The notes beneath the pieces are model-generated. The model saw nothing but the letters and a program-made list of their open reading frames with translations, was not told the origin of the DNA and searched no databases. A stretch of 64,000 nucleotides of DNA. Origin: an uncultured archaeon (GTDB lineage Archaea > Thermoproteota > Bathyarchaeia > Bathyarchaeales > Bathycorpusculaceae). The translations under genes were made by a program, and so were the position numbers. The stretch spans positions 32,001 through 96,000 of the forward strand of contig CAWALK010000019.1 in assembly GCA_963782915.1 (NCBI GenBank), read 5' to 3'. Shown in pieces: positions 32,417-42,424 of this stretch (its first letter is position 1; every line of letters begins with the position of its first letter).

Positions 32417-34435
32417 GTGGAGTCTATCGATATCACCGAACCGAAGAAACAGCGGGTTCCTTCTCCATCCGATTCCATGAATAACTTGTCGAAAAAGCAG
32501 CCTGACATGCAACATTTTTTTGGAAATTTGAATACGAGCAGTCAGCAATTTGGCGTTCTATTCAATAATGCGCCTCAGGGTGTGGCTTTACAAAAAATAA
32601 TTTTTGATTCAAACGGTGAACCACAGGATTTTATGGCTATAGCAACAAACAAGGTATATGCACAGATTCTTGATTTGTCCAAAGAGGAAATAGTCAATAA
32701 AAAAATGGCTAAATGTTTCCCCTTGATAAGTTTGGGACCTTTGGATTGGCTGGCAATCTATGGAAAAGTCGCCAAAACAGGTAAACCTGAAATGTTTAAT
32801 GCTTTATCTAAGGAGAAAAGCTATCAGGTTTACGTTTACAGCTTGAATAAGGACTACTGTGTTTCTGTATTCATAGATGTTTCATCACAGATAGCCGTAA
32901 CACAACAAGAATTAGCACAACGAAGAATAACTCAAGAGCAACTTAGAGAAAGCGCCGAGAAATATCAGTGCCTCGTAAAATATGCGCCCACAGGAATCTA
33001 CGAAATAGACTATAACGGCCAAAAATTCAGAAGCGTAAACGATGCCATGTGCCAAGTTCTCGGCTACACCGAACAAGAATTACTATCCATGAACCCCTTG
33101 GATCTCCTGTACCCAGAGAGCAAAAAACGGTTTCAGCAACGAATCCTAAACGTTCTAAACGGAAAAAAAGTCGATGAATCCGTTGAGTACCACATTAAAA
33201 CTAAGAATGGAAGCAGCCTATGGTCCTTGATGCAGGTTAAACTAATCTTCAAAGACGGTAAAATCGATGGTGCCCTGGTAGTGGCTCATGATGTTACTGA
33301 AAGAAAACGTTCAGAACGCGAATTGCTCTCGGCAGAAAAGCGATTCAGAAGACTCTATGAGACCACCCAAGATGGCATTATGGCAAGAGACTTGCATGGA
33401 AAAATGATTGGTTGCAACCCAGCATACGCCAAAATGTTAGGCTATACGCGAAAGGAACTAAGGCACCTCTCAGTTAGGCAGTTGCTACCAGAAAAATGGC
33501 ATGGCCAACGCGATAAAATCGCCTGCAAAGTAATACAAACAGGTCGCTCTATTGTTTTTGAACGTGAATACAAACGAAGGGACGGCTCAATTTTCCCCGC
33601 TTCTGTGCGTACTTGGCGATTAACTGATGGCAAAGGAAAAGTGATAGGAATATGGTCTATCGTTCGAGAAATTAGCGAGCAGAAGCAGCTTCAAAAGAAT
33701 CTTGAAGAGCACGCTGGTGTTCTCCAGAAAATCGTGGAAGACAGAGAAAAACAACTCAAAGATACCGAACGCCTAGTCGCCATCGGCCAAACCGCTGGTA
33801 TGGTTGGCCATGACCTTCGCAATCCCCTACAGACACTAATTGGGGAGTTATACTTAGCCAAAGGTGAAGTAGATTCACTAGGAGAAGGCGAAGCTAAAAC
33901 TAACCTTGCGGAAAGCATCCACTGCATAGAAGAACAAATTCTGTACATGGACAAAATTGTTTCTGATTTGCAGGCGTTTGTGCAGCCTGTTAAAATAGAT
34001 AAAAAACCCGTAAACATCAAAGAACTCGTAAGTGGCGTTCTGGAAACAGTAGCTATCCCAGCTAATATTTCGGTTAATATACAAAACCAAGCAAGCACAC
34101 TGGAGATAAAGGCTGACCCTCAACTTCTAAAAAGGGTATTAATTAATTTGGTCACTAATGCTGTTCAAGCTATGCCCAACGGCGGAAAATTGAGTCTGGG
34201 AACTAAAATGGATTCAGAGGGGTGTACAGCAATATCGGTACAGGATACGGGAGTCGGTATACCTGATAGGATTAAGAAACAGATTTTTACGCCGCTATTC
34301 ACCACTAAACCCCGCGGACAAGGTTTCGGTTTAGCCGTCTGCAAACGCGTCATCGAAGCACACGGCGGAACAATAAATTTCGAAAGCACCGAAGGCCAAG
34401 GGGCATTATTCATACTAGCATTCCCATCAAACTAG
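32417..34435 (+). CDS. Multi-PAS histidine kinase
   Basis: Three PAS domains, GHDLRNPL, NAVQAM, DTGVG, GQGFGL. Confidence 0.93.
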   Translation: MESIDITEPKKQRVPSPSDSMNNLSKKQPDMQHFFGNLNTSSQQFGVLFNNAPQGVALQKIIFDSNGEPQDFMAIATNKVYAQILDLSKEEIVNKKMAKCFPLISLGPLDWLAIYGKVAKTGKPEMFNALSKEKSYQVYVYSLNKDYCVSVFIDVSSQIAVTQQELAQRRITQEQLRESAEKYQCLVKYAPTGIYEIDYNGQKFRSVNDAMCQVLGYTEQELLSMNPLDLLYPESKKRFQQRILNVLNGKKVDESVEYHIKTKNGSSLWSLMQVKLIFKDGKIDGALVVAHDVTERKRSERELLSAEKRFRRLYETTQDGIMARDLHGKMIGCNPAYAKMLGYTRKELRHLSVRQLLPEKWHGQRDKIACKVIQTGRSIVFEREYKRRDGSIFPASVRTWRLTDGKGKVIGIWSIVREISEQKQLQKNLEEHAGVLQKIVEDREKQLKDTERLVAIGQTAGMVGHDLRNPLQTLIGELYLAKGEVDSLGEGEAKTNLAESIHCIEEQILYMDKIVSDLQAFVQPVKIDKKPVNIKELVSGVLETVAIPANISVNIQNQASTLEIKADPQLLKRVLINLVTNAVQAMPNGGKLSLGTKMDSEGCTAISVQDTGVGIPDRIKKQIFTPLFTTKPRGQGFGLAVCKRVIEAHGGTINFESTEGQGALFILAFPSN

Positions 34436-34734
34436 ACGGCAAAGGCTTTTTGCTCTTTGCGGTCCTGCAGTTTCTGCTTGAGCGTATAGATGAATGCGAT
34501 AAACCAGAATGCCACCGTTGCCCAGCCAAAGGCGAAGCCAATAACGTTTCCGACTAAGTGGTAAGCGAATTCGAAGAAAACCAAAGAAACAAACGTTAAG
34601 AATGAGCCGATAACGCTGTAGCCGCGAAGGGCATTGCGGTTTTTAATTATGGCTCTTAGCATCCAAAGTAGAGCAACAAAGTTTATGATGCATGCAATGT
34701 CCAGGAGCAGGTTGGCTAGCTCTAGTATTTCCAT
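34432..34734 (-). CDS. Small 3-TM membrane protein (PQ-loop/SemiSWEET-like size)
   Basis: Three hydrophobic helices; ALRGYS motif. Confidence 0.65.
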   Translation of the reverse strand: MEILELANLLLDIACIINFVALLWMLRAIIKNRNALRGYSVIGSFLTFVSLVFFEFAYHLVGNVIGFAFGWATVAFWFIAFIYTLKQKLQDRKEQKAFAV

Positions 34735-34878
34735 TCTTTAGTGGTTCCTTTTTAGCCAAAAACGGCGTGCCCTAACTTAAGCTTAGCGCAGTATCAACCA
34801 CTGGCACGTAAATTAGCTTAAATCATTATTTGAGCAGTAATATGTAATTCGGGAAGGGAGAGGGGTGAACAATAAAGA

Positions 34879-35013
34879 ATGATTTCACGAGATTGTGATG
34901 GCTGTGGATTACAAAAGCCATGCATAAAACGTTACCGCAAAGTAAACCTGTTCGAGAAAGTCTACTGTCCAGATGGAACAGCTCATTTGGTAGACGAAGC
35001 CAGCCTAGCGTAA
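34879..35013 (+). CDS. 44-aa Cys-rich microprotein (absent from ORF track)
   Basis: MISRDCDGCGLQKPCIKRYRKVNLFEKVYCPDGTAHLVDEASLA; GGGTGA SD upstream. Confidence 0.65.
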   Translation: MISRDCDGCGLQKPCIKRYRKVNLFEKVYCPDGTAHLVDEASLA

Positions 35014-35216
35014 CTGCAAGGCAAAACAGCACAATTGAAGTAGCCTAAGTACTTCTGTCCCACAGCTTTACTAAATAACTAAGATTTTCAACAATTTTTC
35101 TCTGTTTTTTGACTTAAACAACCTTATTGATGTGTGTTTCTAATTTTTAGAACAGATCAATTCTGGAAAAATTATATATAGAAAGCATACGGAACAGAGG
35201 GTAACTGAGGCATAAG

Positions 35217-35885
35217 ATGAAGACACAAAAAGTGGCAGTAACATTAACAATCTTAGCTGTAGTTTTTCTATCAATCGGCGTGGTCTCTGCTGCTCTTTCA
35301 GCAAGCGACGCAACAATAACCGCCCAATTATCCAATACGGCACCCAAACCAGGTAACGGAGTGACTGTTTCCGTAACCTTCCAAAGTCATGTTTCACAGG
35401 AACTGAAAATTTATGTTTATGGTATACATGCTGATTGGATGGCTAGCGCAGACGATTTTCAGGGACCCAACTTATCTAACGCTCCCGCTACCGTTGAAGC
35501 CAACGGCCAATATACTGGTTCATTCCTACTCCTTATTCCAACAACTGCAAGCATCGGATCACATACGTACTATATCGGTGTCGACGGCGTAGACGCGTCA
35601 GGCAACACTTTCTCGCTTAACTCTGCTGAAGCAACTATACAAGTTGTCGCTGCTACCAGCACTCAAACAGCAGGTCCAAGCGGCAGCGGAGGGCAGACAG
35701 CAGCTTTACCCGATTGGGCACCCTATCTAATCATCGTCGCAGTCGTGGTAATCGTAGTTGTGTTAGTCTTTATTCTGTTGAAACGAAATAAACGAAAACC
35801 GAAAGCAGCCGCTCCAGCAACTATGCAACCAACTGAAAATCCCTCTGAACCGCCAAAGCCTGAAGAGAAAGACTTCACAATTTAA
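35217..35885 (+). CDS. Secreted, C-terminally anchored Ig-like surface protein
   Basis: Signal peptide, beta-rich domain, S/T/G linker, TM helix plus KRNKRK. Confidence 0.75.
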   Translation: MKTQKVAVTLTILAVVFLSIGVVSAALSASDATITAQLSNTAPKPGNGVTVSVTFQSHVSQELKIYVYGIHADWMASADDFQGPNLSNAPATVEANGQYTGSFLLLIPTTASIGSHTYYIGVDGVDASGNTFSLNSAEATIQVVAATSTQTAGPSGSGGQTAALPDWAPYLIIVAVVVIVVVLVFILLKRNKRKPKAAAPATMQPTENPSEPPKPEEKDFTI

Positions 35886-35954
35886 ACTCCTTTTTTCTTA
35901 ATTTATTCATACAAGTTATCTTTTGAAAAAGCCTTATAGCCACACAATCCATTT

Positions 35955-36662
35955 ATGTTGGCTATACAGTGGCGGGCTTTGAGGGCGACCAGAAGCAAAC
36001 CAATTCAAGCTGCAACGGCAGCATTATTCATTGTAGCCACGGTACTCTCTTTATTATGCGGTAACGTTCAAGCCCAAAACCCATCAACCTTTACATCCAC
36101 TGACCGATTTGACATCCCGCAATTGAATGGTTCGATTCGATTCGGCTACAACGGTTCCTACGCATCCGCAACACTGGCGAATGACACATGGGTTTTTACT
36201 AACTTAACACTCAACAACTTTTCACGTCCTGGCACCTTCAAAGTTTCAGTCCAGAACTCAAACATAACCATATACTCTTTTTCCCTGGTCTTTTTTAACC
36301 AATCCCGAATTTCCATTAGATACAACGCCCAAGGCGCAGGACAACAATTCTTTGATTTTGGCTTAAACAAGTCCGTGCCAACCCAACAAAGCGAATGGTC
36401 AGTCATTATCCCCGGCAGCGTTTTCTTAGCTAACGGCCAAGGCTGGAAACTTCAATCGGATAACACAGTCATCGTAACTGGTCAAACCGGTAACATTTCT
36501 GTCTCTCGATTCAACTTTGGTGTCCCCAACGATAGTAATTTACCCTTTTATGAGCGGCACTCCGTTGCATTAGTCACGATTGCTATCGTGGCAGCTACAG
36601 TGGCGGTTGCAGCAATAATCAGCGTTAAAGTGAGGAAACACAAAGATGTCAATGGTAACTGA
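35955..36662 (+). CDS. Membrane-anchored extracellular protein
   Basis: Signal peptide, many NxS/T sequons, C-terminal TM; overlaps the next gene. Confidence 0.72.
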   Translation: MLAIQWRALRATRSKPIQAATAALFIVATVLSLLCGNVQAQNPSTFTSTDRFDIPQLNGSIRFGYNGSYASATLANDTWVFTNLTLNNFSRPGTFKVSVQNSNITIYSFSLVFFNQSRISIRYNAQGAGQQFFDFGLNKSVPTQQSEWSVIIPGSVFLANGQGWKLQSDNTVIVTGQTGNISVSRFNFGVPNDSNLPFYERHSVALVTIAIVAATVAVAAIISVKVRKHKDVNGN

Positions 36663-37893
36663 AAACTCGCCCTACCTAGTACTACCAATATACGCCATAA
36701 TAGTTGCAATTGGCATTATCTTAATCCTCAAATTATCCAAGGATAAAACCCGCAAAATCAGTACTTTGCGAACTTTTGTTCAAGTGGCCGCAGTCGTCGC
36801 TATCTTCATGGGCTTACTTATTGGTCCATTTAACGTTCCACTCTTTGCTCCTTTGGGTCCTTCACCCCGTGACAACCTATTAGGCGCTGATCTCTTGGGC
36901 AATCAATTTCCCGATGGCATTTCTGTACCGTTTTTGGCCTGTTATTATCCCAACGGGCGCACCGTGACTTGTGCACTTTGGCAACTTCAAGCCTACATTT
37001 TTCCATTCTGGGATTATCCCAGAGGGTATCAGGTAAACTATTCTACTCCTGGGTTAGAAAAGTTAGCTATCGTTGTCGGTTCGTTGGTTGCCTTCGCCCT
37101 AGTTGTGGGGCGATGGGGCTGTGGTTGGCTCTGTCCATTTGGCCTCTATCAAGACATACTTACAAGAATACGGAAATCTGTGCGGTTAAAGCATCTGAGT
37201 ACATCTGCGAAAACCAACAAGAAACTTGGGCAAGTTAGCTATGTGATAATTGCTGTGTCTTTGCTTTTAAGTGTAATCTTTGCTTCTTACGCTATTTTTG
37301 GTACTGAACTTATTCCGGGAACTATACCGGGTGGCCCTGAGGGAACTGAAGCTGGCATTGTGAGTAACATTAATCAACCGTTCTGCCTGGTTTGCCCAGC
37401 AAGACCACTATGTATTGCTATTGAAGCCGGCATTGGAGCATTGAATTGGTCTTATATCTCTCAGATAGCGTATGGGCCATTTTGGATAAGCGGCTTCTAC
37501 TTAACTTCAATAAACGTCGCTGTACTCATCGCAGTTTCAATCATAGCCTTTGCTTACCGTAGGGCTTGGTGCCGAATCTGTCCGGTAGGTGGCTTATCCG
37601 CTTTGTTTAGTAGCTTTACACCGTTTAAGCAGATTGCCCTGACAAAACTTGAGAAGGATGAGACGAAATGCACTAAATGCGGTGTCTGCAAACGCGTTTG
37701 CCCCACTCAAGCCACCGATATGTACGAGAAGAAAGGCGGCGACGTCACTGAATCCCGATGTATACTCTGCGCACGCTGTGTCGAAATCTGCCCCTACGAT
37801 GATGCTTTGAAACTCAAGTTCGCAGGCAAAACCTTGGCTAGGTCACGGAATTGGCTGGAGAAATCAGGTGCTGACGTTGCGAATGCAAGTTAG
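36646..37893 (+). CDS. NapH/MauN-like membrane 4Fe-4S protein
   Basis: GRWGCGWLCPFG, RRAWCRICPVG, CTKCGVCKRVCP, CILCARCVEICP. Confidence 0.88.
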   Translation: MSMVTENSPYLVLPIYAIIVAIGIILILKLSKDKTRKISTLRTFVQVAAVVAIFMGLLIGPFNVPLFAPLGPSPRDNLLGADLLGNQFPDGISVPFLACYYPNGRTVTCALWQLQAYIFPFWDYPRGYQVNYSTPGLEKLAIVVGSLVAFALVVGRWGCGWLCPFGLYQDILTRIRKSVRLKHLSTSAKTNKKLGQVSYVIIAVSLLLSVIFASYAIFGTELIPGTIPGGPEGTEAGIVSNINQPFCLVCPARPLCIAIEAGIGALNWSYISQIAYGPFWISGFYLTSINVAVLIAVSIIAFAYRRAWCRICPVGGLSALFSSFTPFKQIALTKLEKDETKCTKCGVCKRVCPTQATDMYEKKGGDVTESRCILCARCVEICPYDDALKLKFAGKTLARSRNWLEKSGADVANAS

Positions 37894-37900
37894 TCCGCTT

Positions 37901-37933
37901 TGTTCTAGAACATTCTGATGTTGTTCTAGAAAA
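37901..37933. promoter_or_regulatory. Tandem palindromic operator-like boxes TGTTCTAGAA(C/A)A upstream of the radical SAM gene
   Basis: Perfect 12-bp palindrome at 37901..37912, near copy at 37922..37933 (21-bp period); TATA-like tttttaag near 37971. Confidence 0.5.
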
Positions 37934-37989
37934 TCAGCCAAATTTTCCTATTCAGAGGCTGCAAGATACATTTTTAAGTCTGGGAGAAT

Positions 37990-38817
37990 ATGCATTTAAT
38001 TATGGGCTCCAAGCAAATAAGCGCTGGAGACCGAGCGAACACTTTTTACTCAAGCGAATATATGGAGTTTACATTAGCCATCGGTTGCCCCGTAAACTGC
38101 CATCGGTACTGCCCCCAAGAGGTACTGTTGCAGAATTATGGAAAAGCAACCAGGCGAATGACGCTTGAAAGTTTTAAAAAAATGCTCGCGAACGTCCCTA
38201 GCCGAATAGCAATCGATTTTTCTGGGTTCTGCGAACCAGCTGTTAATCCGCAATTCTCTGAAATGGTGAAGTATGCATACGATCAAGGCTACCGTGTTCA
38301 TGTAGCGACTACGTTGCAGGGTGCTTCCAGCCAAACCGTGAAGGACCTGCTTGATATTCACTACGAAGGCTTCGTATTGCACTTGCCAGACGGCAAAAAC
38401 GCGAATATGCAGCTTACTGAGGAATACAAAAACAACGTTTTCCAAGTCATGCAGGGCATCCCAAACATACAGTACATCACTATGAATGAACTCTTCGTCA
38501 GCAACCAACGGGAAAAAATCTGTCGCGGGGAACTGCCTAAAGCGAAACGTTTGGGTGTCTGCCGAAAAACCAGTACGCCGCAATTCGTTGTTTTACCCGA
38601 CGGCAGAGTGCAAACCTGTGACATGGATTTCAAACTTGAACATACCGTAGGCAACCTTCTCACCGACAAATACGAGGCGTTGGTTAAACAGTTCCGTGCA
38701 GAGCAGCGTACGTATGATTTGTGTCATTACTGCACCAAATATTACCCCATAGACAAGTACATCGTGTATAACGTGGCGAACAGGTTGGGGTATTTCAACA
38801 GGGGCAAATGGATGTAG
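37990..38817 (+). CDS. Radical SAM / SPASM-twitch domain protein
   Basis: GCPVNCHRYCPQ, FSGFCEP, C-terminal C...DGRVQTC.MD...GNL...CHYC. Confidence 0.85.
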   Translation: MHLIMGSKQISAGDRANTFYSSEYMEFTLAIGCPVNCHRYCPQEVLLQNYGKATRRMTLESFKKMLANVPSRIAIDFSGFCEPAVNPQFSEMVKYAYDQGYRVHVATTLQGASSQTVKDLLDIHYEGFVLHLPDGKNANMQLTEEYKNNVFQVMQGIPNIQYITMNELFVSNQREKICRGELPKAKRLGVCRKTSTPQFVVLPDGRVQTCDMDFKLEHTVGNLLTDKYEALVKQFRAEQRTYDLCHYCTKYYPIDKYIVYNVANRLGYFNRGKWM

Positions 38818-38830
38818 GGCGGCAGTTATA

Positions 38831-39076
38831 CTACGGCCCAGACGAATTAGCCTTCTCAATAGCTTTCTGCTTAAGCTCTTCGGTTGCGAACAACTCTACT
38901 TTGCCGCAGTTTGGGCAAACAAACACATACATCGGAATCATTTTTTCGCCAAGCTCAGCCCATTCGCCGAAGAATAGTTTGGCGCCGCCGCTGGTTCCGC
39001 CGACTCTGAATTCCGCTGTATAAACGTACTGTGCGTTTTGTCCGCAGTAGCTGCATTTCCTGATGTTTCCGCTCAC
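38831..39076 (-). CDS. Small zinc-ribbon protein
   Basis: CSYC...FVCPNCGKVELF. Confidence 0.75.
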   Translation of the reverse strand: MSGNIRKCSYCGQNAQYVYTAEFRVGGTSGGAKLFFGEWAELGEKMIPMYVFVCPNCGKVELFATEELKQKAIEKANSSGP

Positions 39077-39079
39077 GGA

Positions 39080-39781
39080 TTATTCCTCTTGGGCTTCAGG
39101 GTTGTTTAGGTTGAGTGCTGCGCCGCATTGTTTGCAGAAAAGTGACTCCGCTCTATTGGCTGTTTGGCATGACTTGCAAGCGACATCTGAGGCGCCAGCT
39201 ATGGTTTGTGTTTTTATTTTTTGGCCGCAGTTCACGCAACAGACAGCATCTAAATCATTTTCTTGGCCGCAGCTATCGCAAACCACCATTGATAGTATCC
39301 CTTGGATGTCTCTCCAGTTGCCCGCAACCTCAAGTTTACTACTCAACGGCTCAATCTTTGACAGCAAATCGATTAGTTGCTTGAACTGCATTTCGTCAGG
39401 GATAAACTTGGATTCGGAGTCTTGGCTCAAAATCGCAAACTTGGGTTTCTTCCCCCAAACAAGACGTAGTTCCTCAATTTCGTCGTAGGTGTAGTAGCAG
39501 TTTTTTTTGCTAAGCTTCAAAATGTCACTGATTGGCATGCGGCTGAGTTCTTCCTCTACCGTCTCGACTTCACTTCTACTCTCTACATACGTTAATGATG
39601 GAGTGATAGCGGCTGATGCGGAAGGAAAACTGCGTAGCATGCCATTGCCTGATCGGTTGGCGCTTCCCATAAAAACTATAGCAATACGCTTATCGGTGAA
39701 GTAAAGGTCGTATCTGCTGTCGGTATCGAGTGGTAAAACGATGTCTTTGATGATGCCTAACCGCTTTTCTGGATTTGACAT
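39080..39781 (-). CDS. Double zinc-ribbon domain protein with PH-like N-terminus
   Basis: YDLYFTDKRI; C-terminal CDSC/CVNC/CKSC/CKQC. Confidence 0.75.
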   Translation of the reverse strand: MSNPEKRLGIIKDIVLPLDTDSRYDLYFTDKRIAIVFMGSANRSGNGMLRSFPSASAAITPSLTYVESRSEVETVEEELSRMPISDILKLSKKNCYYTYDEIEELRLVWGKKPKFAILSQDSESKFIPDEMQFKQLIDLLSKIEPLSSKLEVAGNWRDIQGILSMVVCDSCGQENDLDAVCCVNCGQKIKTQTIAGASDVACKSCQTANRAESLFCKQCGAALNLNNPEAQEE

Positions 39782-39997
39782 TTTGAGGCCTCAAGGTGTT
39801 TATGTGTCTGCGCAATCTTAAGGTTTTGTTACATTTTGGAATATGACCAGAAGACTGTAAAGATTATTTGGATTTTTTATCCTGCCAAGGGTGCTCTCGG
39901 ACGACCCACATTTTATTACGTTAAAGATGAATCAAACGCGTCTGGATTTAATCACTAAATAATAAAAAACCTTAAAAATACAGCAAACTATTATCGC

Positions 39998-40324
39998 TTG
40001 ATAACAATGAGTGCATCATTTACAATCGGGGTCTCGGTAACAGTTATAGTTGTTTTAATCGTAATTTATCTTGTTTTTCCCCGCGTTAGAGGGCTTCATT
40101 ACACTTCGAGGTTAACCTGCCCCAAATGCGGCAAACAGTTTGATTATAACTGGGTTCCCGGAGGTTCATTGAGCGCCGTTCGGCTTGGGAGTGAGCGTTA
40201 TCTGTCTTGCCCAAACTGCCATAGATGGTCAACTTTTGAAATAGTCAAAACCCGCATAAAGAAGGATAAGCAGGTAGCAGTTAACTCGGAACCTAACGTT
40301 TCCCCTGACACAGGGCAGGTTTAG
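39998..40324 (+). CDS. Membrane-anchored zinc-ribbon protein
   Basis: N-terminal TM, then CPKC...RYLSCPNC. Confidence 0.7.
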   Translation: MITMSASFTIGVSVTVIVVLIVIYLVFPRVRGLHYTSRLTCPKCGKQFDYNWVPGGSLSAVRLGSERYLSCPNCHRWSTFEIVKTRIKKDKQVAVNSEPNVSPDTGQV

Positions 40325-40377
40325 TCCTCGATATTTGTTATCAAACTTGGAAAAATATCACGTTAAGAGAATTTAAT

Positions 40378-40455
40378 TGGTGGACGGAGCGGGATTTGAA
40401 CCCGCGGCCTCTGCAATGCCAATGCAGCGTTCATACCAAGCTGGACTATCCGCCC
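40378..40455 (-). tRNA. tRNA-Ala(GGC), intronless, CCA encoded
   Basis: GGGCGGA/TCCGTCC acceptor stem with G3:U70; anticodon arm CTGCA-TTGGCAT-TGCAG; T arm GCGGG-TTCAAAT-CCCGC; ends ACCA. Confidence 0.96.
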
Positions 40456-40667
40456 ACTTTTTTGTCTGGCTTCAGAAAACTAAGCCACCTCGTTTAATAA
40501 GCATTTCTTTAGGTGAGTGGGGAAGCCACCGCAAAAGCAGGTGCCTTTGCTTGTTAAGAAGCGGTTTTGGGGTCTGTCGTGTTACCCACCGTAGAGGCTG
40601 AGGGAATTGCTCTAACAGTTTTGCGAGCTCAAAAAAATAAAAGGAGACAATTGGGAATTTGTAACCG

Positions 40668-41180
40668 TTAACCTTTAACCAAGATGTTTCCTGAACTTAG
40701 AGGTGTAGGTTCAGCTGAGCATTGCACTTGCCCCTGAGGATTCACCAAAGTCACCCCGATCATGTCTGCGCCTGCTCCGCCGTCGATGGCTGTTACGGTA
40801 AATGTCCATCCGCCACTCCATGGCATGTTATTCATTTTGACAAATGCTAACCCAGTGAAGACCGCTTCCAAGCCCTCTGGAACTGCCTCGACGCTTAAAC
40901 TGGTGATTCTGGTGCTAACAATGATAGTATCAATTTGCCCATCATGTTTACAGACTAAATTGAAGGTGCCCTGAGGTGCACATCTAAAGTTCTCTTGGAC
41001 GCTGAAGCTAAAATAATGTGTATGGGGAACGCCGTCATGGTCGTGGACGAAGACTCCTGCGCCTATGGCGATGTCTTTTCTGACGGTTTGATTGTTTGTG
41101 GGGGTTGCGCTTGCCGTAGCAATTAGTGTTGTCAGTAGCAATATGCCGATGAAGGCAAAAATTAGTGGTTTGGTTTTCAA
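40668..41180 (-). CDS. Secreted beta-barrel-like hypothetical protein
   Basis: Signal peptide; DGGAGAD and LSSGNILV C-terminal pattern. Confidence 0.7.
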   Translation of the reverse strand: MKTKPLIFAFIGILLLTTLIATASATPTNNQTVRKDIAIGAGVFVHDHDGVPHTHYFSFSVQENFRCAPQGTFNLVCKHDGQIDTIIVSTRITSLSVEAVPEGLEAVFTGLAFVKMNNMPWSGGWTFTVTAIDGGAGADMIGVTLVNPQGQVQCSAEPTPLSSGNILVKG

Positions 41181-41354
41181 AAACTTGTTCTCCTATCTTT
41201 TTAGCCAATTTCTGTTTGGTGTGTTTGCTATTATTGGTTTGTTGGCGGCAGTCAGCTACAACGGTGGAAAGTTGGGGCTGGGTTTGTTGGTTTGTTTGGG
41301 CTTTTAGAAAAATTTACATAGACTTCGATTCTATTCAGAAGGTAGGGTGCTGTT

Positions 41355-42324
41355 GTGACGGCTGTGGTTGATTGGCTTTTAGATGGCGAGGCTTTTGTTG
41401 AGTATAATACCCGTGTCGGTTTGCGTGGGGCAATCAGAGAATGAGCCTGAAGTTGTTGTGGCAAAGAGGCGGATGATTGAAGACCCCAAAATCCAGCTTT
41501 TACTGCAGGAATTACAGGGTTGGCCCGGAATAGTCCTAAACAGCCACAAAAGCGCCAGCCAACCTTTCCACAAACTCTCATTCATCGCAGACATAGGACT
41601 AACCAAAGACAACCCCGATGTAGCCCTGATTGCAGAAAAGATTTTCCAGCATCAATCAGACGAAGGCCCCTTTCAGTTGCCGACGAATGTGCCAAAGCAT
41701 TTCGGCGGCTCAGGCACCGACACTTGGGCTTGGGCTCTTTGCGATGCCCCAGTCATCCTTTATTCTCTGGCCAAATTTGGGTACGGCAGCGATCCGCGGG
41801 TGCAGAGGGCGGCGGCGTATCTGGCTGGTTTAGCTTCTGAGAACGGGTGGCACTGCACTGTCTCCAAAGAACTCGGTAACTTCCGAGGTCCTGGACGAAA
41901 AGAAGACCCCTGCCCCTACGCAACATTGGTTATGCTAAAGATGCTAACCCAATTTGACACCTACAAAAACAGCAAAGCAGTCCATGACGGCGCCGAGTGT
42001 CTACTTAATCTGTGGCAGAACAGCTTGACGCTTCATCCCTACATTTTCTATATGGGCACAGACTTCCGCAAGCTTAAAGCCCCGTTTATTTGGTATGATT
42101 TGTTGCATGTGTTGGATGTGCTTTCTCAGTTTAGTTGGCTAAAAGATGACCCCCGACTATTGGATATGGCGGGTTTGGTGCGATCGAAGGCTGATGCGGA
42201 GGGCAAGTTTACTCCCGAATCCGAGTGGCAGGCGTGGCGGGGCTGGGATTTCGGGCAAAAAAAGCAGCCCTCACGGTGGCTTACTTTTCTGGTGCTACGC
42301 ACCCTTAAGCGACTTGAATCTTGA
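41355..42324 (+). CDS. Alpha/alpha-toroid (prenyltransferase/terpene-cyclase repeat-like) protein; frameshift near 41428
   Basis: True N-terminus probably GTG 41355 (VTAVVDWLLDGEAFVEYNT); QSDEG and ENGWHC repeats, WYDLLHVLD, PSRWLT. Confidence 0.7.
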
Positions 42325-42424
42325 CTGAAAGTAGTACAAGTCTAAAGAAACGCTATAGCCATATTAAATTCGAATACCTAATTAAAATTGGGTTTATTGC
42401 CTCTTCTAAGAGGTTACGAAAATA

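Noticed and set aside
40378-40455. tRNA-Ala as the att site of an integrated element
   Set aside because: I found no duplicate of the tRNA 3' end and no integrase in the window.
40377-40601. ORF MVDGAGFEPAASAMPMQRS...
   Set aside because: It is the antisense reading of tRNA-Ala.
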